A stretch of 32,000 nucleotides of DNA, from the NCBI RefSeq assembly GCF_000196355.1, contig NC_007614.1, positions 480,001 through 512,000 of the forward strand. Direction: 5' to 3'. Position 1 is the first letter of the stretch. Each line of letters begins with the position of its first letter. Positions 21,630 through 28,793 of the stretch are shown piece after piece. Both the position numbers and the translations under genes were made by a program. Source of the DNA: Nitrosospira multiformis ATCC 25196 (GTDB lineage: Bacteria > Pseudomonadota > Gammaproteobacteria > Burkholderiales > Nitrosomonadaceae). The notes under the pieces are model-generated. The model saw only the letters and a list, made by a program, of their open reading frames with translations. It was not told the DNA's origin and searched no databases.

Positions 21630-22868
21630 CTAAGCTGACATTTCTGCGGGTGGTTCCGGTTCCGCGGAAGTAAAAAGTTGCGACAGCGGAAGGCTCATTT
21701 TCTCATCGATCCCCACAGCAATATCATCGAGCAGCTGCTCCAGCCGGGTATCCCCCCCTGCCGTACCCCTTAGTGCTTCGGGACGAAACGCAAACAGGCG
21801 GTAGACATCCGCAATGCGGATCTCGGCGGGATCCAGTATTTGAACCCATCCTCCTTCCTGAACCTGTCGCACGAAATTGGCTTTCACCATGAGCTCCAGT
21901 ATCCGCTCCACTTCTTCGGGACTTAGCATCAACTGCTGCTGCAAGCTGAGAGCGGTTTCAACTTTGCCTGCCTTCAACGCCTCTCCAAGTATCCCCAATA
22001 AACGCAATGCATCAAAAAACTGCTTACCCCTGGCGTTCGGGTCGTCACGCCACTCCCGGAAACGCCAGCTTGAAAGCGATGCGGCAATAACCGCTCCGAG
22101 CAGCACCATCAACCATGAAAGATAAAGCCATAGCAGGAAAATGGGAATGGTCGCAAAGGTGCCGTATACTGCCTGATAAGTCGGAAACCGGGTGATGTAG
22201 AACGCAAAGCCTTCCTTCATTATCTCGAACCCTATCGCCGCCGCCACGCCACCCGCTATCGCATGCCGCCATGCCACCTGACGATTCGGCACGATGAGAT
22301 AGGAAGCCGAAAAGGCAATACTCGTCAGCACGAGCGGACTCAACCGCAAAAGCATGATGTCCCCCCCCGGGATATCACGAGTAAATCCCCTGGAAGCGGT
22401 CATGAGCCAGGACGTAAGCGACAGGCTCGCGCCGATCAATAAAGGGCCAATCGTCAGAACGGACCAATATATCAGGAGGCGATGCAGGAGCGGCCGCAGG
22501 CGGGATACTCGCCAGATGCTGTTGAGTGCTTCGTCTATTGTAAGCATGAGCGCAAGTGCGGTTACGCCCAGGAAGGCGATGCCTATGGCAGTCAGCTTGG
22601 CCGCATTGTCGGCGAATTGCTGCATGTATACGGAGATGACCTTGTTTGCTGCTTCCGGCACCATGGTGGTGAGAATGAATTCCTTTATCCGGTCCGAGAA
22701 TTCAGCGAATGCGGGAAATGCCGCTATTACCGATAACCCGATCGCGAGCATTGGTACCAACGAAAGCAAGGTGGTGAATGTAAGACTCCCTGCAATCTGG
22801 GTGCAGTTGTGCTGGAAAAAGCGCACAAGGACATAGTGCATGAAATCGACGGGACGTATGGATTTCAT
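21630..22868 (-). CDS. yihY: YihY/BrkB-family inner-membrane protein (formerly annotated as RNase BN) with a C-terminal soluble extension
   Basis: Polytopic membrane protein with the family-typical N-terminus FFQHNCTQIAGSLTFTTLLSLVP. I prefer the ATG at 22868 (412 aa). The 446-aa track version, starting at 22970, is an alternative. Confidence 0.85.
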   Translation of the reverse strand: MKSIRPVDFMHYVLVRFFQHNCTQIAGSLTFTTLLSLVPMLAIGLSVIAAFPAFAEFSDRIKEFILTTMVPEAANKVISVYMQQFADNAAKLTAIGIAFLGVTALALMLTIDEALNSIWRVSRLRPLLHRLLIYWSVLTIGPLLIGASLSLTSWLMTASRGFTRDIPGGDIMLLRLSPLVLTSIAFSASYLIVPNRQVAWRHAIAGGVAAAIGFEIMKEGFAFYITRFPTYQAVYGTFATIPIFLLWLYLSWLMVLLGAVIAASLSSWRFREWRDDPNARGKQFFDALRLLGILGEALKAGKVETALSLQQQLMLSPEEVERILELMVKANFVRQVQEGGWVQILDPAEIRIADVYRLFAFRPEALRGTAGGDTRLEQLLDDIAVGIDEKMSLPLSQLFTSAEPEPPAEMSA

Positions 22869-22975
22869 TACTTTCGCGACAGGTCGTGAGGATTGAGAGA
22901 AAAGCTCCACGCGTAGCCCCGCTTTGGAGGCAGGACAGACAGCCCCGGTTTGTCCTGCCGCGTTCTTCAAGATTT

Positions 22976-24508
22976 CTACACTTGCGGGTGTGCCCGCTCC
23001 AGCTTGCTGTGCAGCTTGTTCAGAGCGCTGAGATACGCCTTGGCGGAGGCGACGACAATGTCCGTATCAGCGCCATTACCATTGACGATACGGCCCGACT
23101 TCTGCAGCCGGACCGTGACCTCGCCCTGGGAATCAGTGCCACTGGTGATCGCATTGACGGAGTAGAGCTGCAGTTCCACGCCGCTGTTCAGTATCTTTTC
23201 GATGGCGCGGAAAGTGGCGTCGACCGGTCCGCTTCCATCCGACTCCGCGCGCGATTCCCTGCCTTCTTCACCGATTACTATACTGGCATGAGGCGTTTCC
23301 CCCGTTTCGCTGTGCGCTGTCAGTGACAGGAGCTTGTAGTGCTCCTGCAAGGCGGCGGCGTCATCGGAAACCAGGGCATGCAGGTCTTCATCGAAAATAT
23401 CATGCTTCTTGTCTGCCAGCTCCTTGAAGCGCATGAAGGTGGCATTAAGAGTTTCTTCCGATTCCAGCTCGATCCCGAGCTCTGCCAAGCGGCTGCGGAA
23501 GGCGTTGCGTCCGGAATGCTTGCCCAGCAGCAATTTGTTTGCCCCCCAGCCCACATCCTCCGCTCGCATGATTTCGTATGTTTCGCGGTGTTTCAATACC
23601 CCGTCCTGATGTATTCCGGATTCGTGTGCGAATGCGTTTGCGCCCACAATTGCCTTGTTCGGCTGTACCGGAAACCCGGTGATGCCTGAAACCAGCTTGC
23701 TTGCGGGCACAATATGGACACTATCGATGCGGGTATCACAAGGAAAGAAATCCTGGCGGGTGCGCACAGCCATGACGACCTCCTCCAGGGAGGCATTGCC
23801 CGCGCGCTCGCCCAGTCCGTTTACCGTGCATTCGACCTGGCGTGCTCCGTTCATCACTGCCGATAACGAATTGGCCACTGCCAGTCCAAGATCATTATGG
23901 CAGTGCACCGAGAATATGACTTTATCCGAATTGGGAATCCTCTCGCGGAGGGTACGAATGAGTTCCCCGAATTGCTGGGGCATGGTATAGCCCACCGTAT
24001 CGGGAATATTCACAGTTCCCGCTCCGGCATCGATGACCGCTTCGAGCACGCGGCAAAGAAAGGTGATGTCAGAGCGTCCCGCATCCTCAGGGGAGAATTC
24101 GACGTCATCGGTGTATTGACGCGCAAATTTCACCGCTTTCACCGCCTGTTCCACCACCTGATCCGGGGACATGCGCAGTTTCTTTTCCATGTGAATGGGC
24201 GAGGTGGCGATAAAGGTGTGGATGCGCGCCGAGTTGGCTCCCCGCAATGCTTCGCCTGCACGCCTGATATCGCCTTCGATTGCGCGTGCAAGACCGCATA
24301 TGGTACTGCCCTTGATCGCAGCGGCTACGGCTTTTACCGCTTCGAAATCGCCATTCGAGGCAGCTGGAAAACCCGCTTCAATGACATCAACCCGCATTCG
24401 TTCGAGTTGCCGGGCGATCCGCACTTTCTCCTCCCTCGTCATGGAGGCACCCGGGCTTTGCTCGCCGTCACGCAAGGTGGTATCAAAAATGATGAGATGG
24501 TCTTTCAA
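22976..24508 (-). CDS. leuA: 2-isopropylmalate synthase
   Basis: 510-aa ORF with motifs [13 protein letters not shown] and [13 protein letters not shown] and a C-terminal LeuA allosteric domain. It uses a TTG start codon at 24508 with a GGAGA RBS 7 nt upstream. Confidence 0.96.
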   Translation of the reverse strand: MKDHLIIFDTTLRDGEQSPGASMTREEKVRIARQLERMRVDVIEAGFPAASNGDFEAVKAVAAAIKGSTICGLARAIEGDIRRAGEALRGANSARIHTFIATSPIHMEKKLRMSPDQVVEQAVKAVKFARQYTDDVEFSPEDAGRSDITFLCRVLEAVIDAGAGTVNIPDTVGYTMPQQFGELIRTLRERIPNSDKVIFSVHCHNDLGLAVANSLSAVMNGARQVECTVNGLGERAGNASLEEVVMAVRTRQDFFPCDTRIDSVHIVPASKLVSGITGFPVQPNKAIVGANAFAHESGIHQDGVLKHRETYEIMRAEDVGWGANKLLLGKHSGRNAFRSRLAELGIELESEETLNATFMRFKELADKKHDIFDEDLHALVSDDAAALQEHYKLLSLTAHSETGETPHASIVIGEEGRESRAESDGSGPVDATFRAIEKILNSGVELQLYSVNAITSGTDSQGEVTVRLQKSGRIVNGNGADTDIVVASAKAYLSALNKLHSKLERAHPQV

Positions 24509-24550
24509 TTGTTTCTCCGTTTTTCAGAAAGAATACTCGAACTCTGATAG

Positions 24551-24570
24551 GGAATCCAGAAACGGATTCC
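24551..24570 (-). other. Hairpin in the leuA 5' leader
   Basis: GGAATCC-AGAAAC-GGATTCC forms a 7-bp perfect stem with a 6-nt loop, about 45 nt upstream of the leuA start. No U-tract follows. Confidence 0.5.
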
Positions 24571-24708
24571 ATCGATAAAAACTGGTAAAGACTTGAGGGA
24601 GATCGGTAATTAGCGCGCGAGGCGCAGCAGTGGTCTTGCGAGAAGCTGCAGGCGGGGATGAAGGCAGAATGGAATGAACTGAACGAAGTTTGCGAAGTGC
24701 ATGTCCCA

Positions 24709-24737
24709 AATATAAAGGGTTTCCGGAACGCGTGCAA
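24709..24737 (-). promoter_or_regulatory. Candidate sigma-70 promoter for leuA (TTGCAC-N17-TATATT)
   Basis: On the minus strand the -35 hexamer TTGCAC lies at 24737-24732, followed by a 17-nt spacer and the -10 hexamer TATATT at 24714-24709. The predicted TSS is near 24702, which implies a leader of about 195 nt before leuA. Confidence 0.4.
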
Positions 24738-24754
24738 TAGCGAAATTGAATGCT

Positions 24755-24786
24755 ATATTGAAACTGACCGATATTGAAACTGACCG
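24755..24786. repeat. Perfect 16-bp tandem direct repeat (ATATTGAAACTGACCG x2)
   Basis: Read directly from the sequence: 24755-24770 is identical to 24771-24786. Degenerate ATTGAA/GTTGAC half-copies lie at about 24744 and 24787. The repeat sits between the divergent leuA and senC genes. Confidence 0.9.
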
Positions 24787-24832
24787 GTTGACTCTCCAGG
24801 AAGGGCTCCTCAAGAATTTTCGATGCTTCTCA

Positions 24833-25444
24833 ATGGGTAAGAACTTTGCCGGAAGCGGGAATTTTGGTTACGACCGGCTCGCGGCGGGTCTTGTGATTGC
24901 GCTTGCCATGGGCGCATGCAATCCGACAGAACAAGGACATATAAAGGAGGTCACGGGCCACTTGCCGGATTTGAGTTTTTCACTCAGCTCCGATGAGGGG
25001 CAGCCGGTTACAGCCAAAACATATGAGGGAAAAGTATTGCTCATGTATTTTGGATTTACACATTGCCGGGAAGAGTGTCCGATTTCCATGGCGCGTCTTA
25101 CGCGGGTAATGCATCTCCTCGGGGAAGACGCAAAGCGGACGCATATCCTCTTTGTAACCGTGGACCCGACGCGGGACGGTCCCAGGGAATTGCGTCGCTA
25201 TCTGGCGCAATTCAATCTCGCGCAGGCGACGGGATTGACCGGTACTGCGGATGAAATCGGGGAGCTTGCAAAACGATGCCGCAACGCATTCCGGCCGCAT
25301 TTTCCCCCTGGCGGAGATGGCGGCCTCATGCATGGCGATGCGGTCTATATATTTGACGCCCAGGGCCATGCCCGCCTACTGGCAACATCCGCCGATCCTG
25401 AAGAGACTCTGGCGGAAGATCTGCGGGATTTGCTTCCTTCCTGA
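24833..25444 (+). CDS. senC: SCO1/SenC copper chaperone (thioredoxin-like, CuA assembly)
   Basis: It has the CxxxC copper motif in FGFTHCREECP, a downstream conserved His (LMHGDAVYIFD), and an N-terminal anchor with a lipobox-like LAMGAC. I use the ATG at 24833. The track's TTG at 24746 would translate through the 16-bp DNA repeat. Confidence 0.87.
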   Translation: MGKNFAGSGNFGYDRLAAGLVIALAMGACNPTEQGHIKEVTGHLPDLSFSLSSDEGQPVTAKTYEGKVLLMYFGFTHCREECPISMARLTRVMHLLGEDAKRTHILFVTVDPTRDGPRELRRYLAQFNLAQATGLTGTADEIGELAKRCRNAFRPHFPPGGDGGLMHGDAVYIFDAQGHARLLATSADPEETLAEDLRDLLPS

Positions 25445-25478
25445 AAACTTCTCCGGGTAGTGACGGACATCAATTGTA

Positions 25479-26303
25479 ATGGAATGGTTTTACTGGCTGG
25501 TGCCTTGGGAAGAGTCTATTCTGGTGGTTGCCGCCGCTGGGAGCGCCGCTCTTTTCTTTCCGAGAGGCTGCGCCTCGGTTCGCCCGTCGCTTCATCGCAA
25601 ATTGTGCTTCTGGGGTGGATTAAGCCTGGCATATCTCGTTTCTCACACTCAGCTCGATTATTACTCCGAGCATCAGTTTTTCATTCACCGGCTTCAGCAT
25701 CTTGCATTGCATCATCTCGGACCTTTTCTGATTGTATTGAGCAGGCCATGCCCGGTTCTTCTTGCGGGCATGCCGTCAAGGATGAGGCGGGCATTTCGTC
25801 TGATGGCGGGATGGAATTCCATTCGATATCCCGCTCAGGCTTTGTGCAATCCGGTCGTTGCAGTCGTACTGTTCAGCATGCTCATCGGATTCTGGTTGCT
25901 GCCTTCGATTCATTTTATGGCGATGATCGATTGGCGTCTCTATCGTCTGATGAACTGGAGCGTGTTTCTCAGCGGATTGGTTTTCTGGGGACTGGTCTTG
26001 ACTCCGGGCCCGGTGTTTGCCGTCAAGCTGTCCCCTGGCTCTCGCATTGGTATGATGCTTGCCATAATTCCGCCTCAAATCGTCATCGGCGCCATCATTT
26101 TCTTTACTGCTCATGAGTTGTATCCGATCTACACCATTTGCGGACGTGCTATTGGCGGAATCAACGCCCTTGCCGATCAACAGATCGGGGGCATCATTCT
26201 GTGGATACACGGTGCGATGATGAGCGCAGTCGGGATTCTGGTGGTCATCCTGAGGGAATTGATGCTTGCAGAATATCCGGAAGCCGGACAGAAAGTGGCA
26301 TGA
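25479..26303 (+). CDS. ctaG: Cytochrome c oxidase assembly factor CtaG (caa3-type, polytopic membrane protein)
   Basis: 274-aa multi-TM ORF with the family-typical His-rich motif HRLQHLALHHLGPFL and DQQIGGIILW. It lies directly downstream of senC. Confidence 0.82.
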   Translation: MEWFYWLVPWEESILVVAAAGSAALFFPRGCASVRPSLHRKLCFWGGLSLAYLVSHTQLDYYSEHQFFIHRLQHLALHHLGPFLIVLSRPCPVLLAGMPSRMRRAFRLMAGWNSIRYPAQALCNPVVAVVLFSMLIGFWLLPSIHFMAMIDWRLYRLMNWSVFLSGLVFWGLVLTPGPVFAVKLSPGSRIGMMLAIIPPQIVIGAIIFFTAHELYPIYTICGRAIGGINALADQQIGGIILWIHGAMMSAVGILVVILRELMLAEYPEAGQKVA

Positions 26304-26360
26304 ACCTTTGCTTTCCTTTTCTTTCCCGTTCCGGACGGGTAGAAACAAAATTTTTTGCAA

Positions 26361-27728
26361 TTATTCGTTCAGCGCTTCACGCATCAAATACACATCGCGA
26401 GTGGTCACAGGCGGAGCCTTGTTGCCCCAGCTGTTACGGATGAACGTAAGCACTTCAGCGATTTCCCGGTCAGTAAATCTTTCGGCATAGCCTGGCATTT
26501 TCTCCGGTTTCGGTCCCGTCTTTGTCCGCGGGCCTTTTCCTCCTTCCAGCATGAGCCGGATCAGGGAAGAGGCATTCTCCGAAAGCACGATCGAACTTCC
26601 GGATAGGGGAGGAAACTTTGGCGGCTTGCCACTTCCCTCGTTCCGATGACATTTGGCGCAGAAGCCACTATATATTCCCGCGCCGGGTTTCTCGGATCGG
26701 CTCATTCCGGCGGGAATGACAGCTGGCGTTCTGCGAGGGTTATACGATGACTTTTCTCCGGTGGCAGGAAGCGACTTGAGGTAATGGGCGACCGCGTCGA
26801 GATCCTCCTGGCGCAAGTACTGGGTGCTGTTTTCAATGACAGCGACCATGCTGCCAAATGCAGCGGTATGGCCACTATGGCCAGTCTTGAGAAACGCCGC
26901 AATCTCCTCTTCCGTCCATCTGCCCAGACCCGCTGCGGTGTTTCCGGTCAACTCCGGAGCAAACCAGTTATCTATCAGGGCACCGGTCAAATAGTCGGAT
27001 GAGGTTTCCGAATAGGCCTTTTCCTGATAGGCCAAACCGCGGGGGGTATGACAGGCACCGCAGTGACCGAGCGCCTGCACCAGGTACGCACCGCGATTCC
27101 ATTTTTCACCCCGATCAGCCCGGGGTTCGAACCGCTTGTGTTCAACAAAGGCAAGATCCCAGAACTTGAGGGTCCAGCGCTGATTGAAGGGGAATGGCAG
27201 GCGAGTCTGCGAGGGCGTGTGCCGCACCGGTTTCACCCCGTGCATGAAGTAGGCATATAACGCGCGCGCATCTTCATCCGACATTGCCGTGAATGACGGG
27301 TAAGGCATGGCTGGGTACAACCATTTACCGTCCTTCCTGATGCCGCCGCGCACAGCCCGGCTGAAATCCTCATAGCTGTAGCGGCCGATGCCGGTTTCCG
27401 GGTCAGGCGTAATATTGGTCGAATAAATGGTACCGAAGGGTGAATTGATCGCCAGCCCGCCCCCAAAAGCCGGATGCGCGGCTCCTGCCGTGTGACATCC
27501 GGTGCAGTCTGCGATAGTGGCGAGATAGGCGCCGCGTGTAACCAGTGCATCGAATGCGCTCTCATCCTTCCCGGCAGCCTCTGCGGCATGACCCGCAGCG
27601 GCAGTCGCAATGGACACCTGAGTGTCCGTCACGATTGCACCCATGGCAAGCAGGACAGCACTCAGAAGAATTCGAGTTTCTTTGCCCATCCGGATGATCC
27701 AGTCGGAAACCGTTCTGCGCGACTTCAT
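26361..27728 (-). CDS. Tri-haem cytochrome c, similar to the cytochrome subunit of membrane-bound alcohol/gluconate dehydrogenases
   Basis: It has three CXXCH sites (CTGCH, CGACH, CAKCH) and the family blocks GTIYSTNITPD, LYPAMPY and ALYAYFMHGVKPV, plus an N-terminal hydrophobic signal/anchor. I place the start at the ATG at 27728. 27752 and 27689 are alternatives. Confidence 0.88.
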   Translation of the reverse strand: MKSRRTVSDWIIRMGKETRILLSAVLLAMGAIVTDTQVSIATAAAGHAAEAAGKDESAFDALVTRGAYLATIADCTGCHTAGAAHPAFGGGLAINSPFGTIYSTNITPDPETGIGRYSYEDFSRAVRGGIRKDGKWLYPAMPYPSFTAMSDEDARALYAYFMHGVKPVRHTPSQTRLPFPFNQRWTLKFWDLAFVEHKRFEPRADRGEKWNRGAYLVQALGHCGACHTPRGLAYQEKAYSETSSDYLTGALIDNWFAPELTGNTAAGLGRWTEEEIAAFLKTGHSGHTAAFGSMVAVIENSTQYLRQEDLDAVAHYLKSLPATGEKSSYNPRRTPAVIPAGMSRSEKPGAGIYSGFCAKCHRNEGSGKPPKFPPLSGSSIVLSENASSLIRLMLEGGKGPRTKTGPKPEKMPGYAERFTDREIAEVLTFIRNSWGNKAPPVTTRDVYLMREALNE

Positions 27729-27733
27729 GTGCT

Positions 27734-28180
27734 TCAGATCCAGGCGCTGCATGATCGGATCGAAAGCACGGCGAAAGTGTTGAACAGGATCGCAACGATG
27801 AACACAAAGCTTGACATCATCCCCAGCATCGCCAGAAATCGCGCCTGCCCTTCATCTTTCTGAATGGGAAGCTGTTTATTCGACGCGTCTTCGGAGTAGC
27901 GGGCGAGGCTTCGCCAGGAGGCAAGAGCGATATAGCCGGAGATTAGAGCGGCGGCCAGGCAGGCAAAGCCTATTGTTGCCAGTATTGCCGTCAATCCGGG
28001 CCAAAGGGGGGCAGGAAGCGGAAACTGATGCGGATAGCAGGCATAGGCGGCGATCGGCGGGGTCAACGCCATTTGCGTTACCCAAGCGCCAGGTGCGCCG
28101 AAGAGCGCAAGCAATGTCCTGACCCGTGGCGGAGAATGAAGGAAGTGATGTTCTGTGGAAACAGTTTGTCTTGCATCCAT
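27734..28180 (-). CDS. Hypothetical 148-aa integral membrane protein in the subunit-IV slot of the oxidase operon
   Basis: The ATG at 28180 lies 7 nt after the coxC stop, and the ORF's stop at 27734 lies 5 nt before the cytochrome c ATG. It has three predicted hydrophobic helices and an N-terminal EHHFLH motif. I recognised no family. Confidence 0.6.
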   Translation of the reverse strand: MDARQTVSTEHHFLHSPPRVRTLLALFGAPGAWVTQMALTPPIAAYACYPHQFPLPAPLWPGLTAILATIGFACLAAALISGYIALASWRSLARYSEDASNKQLPIQKDEGQARFLAMLGMMSSFVFIVAILFNTFAVLSIRSCSAWI

Positions 28181-28187
28181 TTGAAGA

Positions 28188-28793
28188 TCATCCGCGCTGG
28201 AGATAAGGGGACAAATACAAGGCGGAGAAAACGAACAGCCAGACGACATCGACAAAATGCCAGTAAACCCCGCCGATGGTGATTGCAACATGGCGCTTGT
28301 GGTCAAAATAACCCATCATGGTCCAGGCGAGCAGGAGCAAAAGCACTCCCAGCCCGATAATCACATGGCACAAGTGAAAGCCGGTGATCGTAAAGTAGAG
28401 TGATCCGTACAGGTCGGAGTTGATGCTGAATGTCTTGTTTTTCCACTCCAGAAGCTGTATCGCGACAAAGGCGCTACCCAAAGCAATCGCGGCGATAAAT
28501 CCGAAAATGCTGGATCGTACTCCACCTTGCCGGATGCGCCGTTCTCCCGCCCAGAAAGCAGCGCTGCTGGCAAGCAGGATGATGGTATTGATGCCTGGAA
28601 TGAGCAGGCCCGGCAATCCGGTCGGGGGCCAGTCCTGTCCTGTTTGTGCCGCGAGGTAGAAGTAGGTGAACAGCAGGTATCCGAACAGGGAAGCCTCGGT
28701 CACGATGAGCGCGATCACTCCCCACCATCCGCCGGAGAGCTTACCAGCGCTTCCCACCGGCAAAGGGGTGACAACGGGGGCAGTCCCGCTCAC
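28188..28793 (-). CDS. coxC: Haem-copper oxidase subunit III (short, five-helix type)
   Basis: 201 aa when started at the GTG at 28793, which overlaps the coxA TGA (GTGA coupling). It has the conserved tail GFHLCHVIIGLGVLL...YWHFVDVVWLFVF. The 44-aa N-terminal extension in the ORF track overlaps coxA and is not hydrophobic. Confidence 0.88.
   Translation of the reverse strand: MSGTAPVVTPLPVGSAGKLSGGWWGVIALIVTEASLFGYLLFTYFYLAAQTGQDWPPTGLPGLLIPGINTIILLASSAAFWAGERRIRQGGVRSSIFGFIAAIALGSAFVAIQLLEWKNKTFSINSDLYGSLYFTITGFHLCHVIIGLGVLLLLLAWTMMGYFDHKRHVAITIGGVYWHFVDVVWLFVFSALYLSPYLQRG

Noticed and set aside
24746-24832. A TTG-initiated N-terminal extension of senC. The TTG/GTG-extended starts of the porin genes at 6281 and 8261 are the same kind of case.
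   Set aside because: The senC extension would translate through a 16-bp (non-triplet) DNA repeat and would precede the real signal/anchor sequence. The porin extensions precede good RBS-ATG pairs followed by signal peptides.
25460-26116. A 218-aa plus-strand ORF overlapping ctaG in another frame.
   Set aside because: The ctaG frame yields a coherent polytopic membrane protein with family motifs. This frame yields a Ser/Arg/Cys-rich product.
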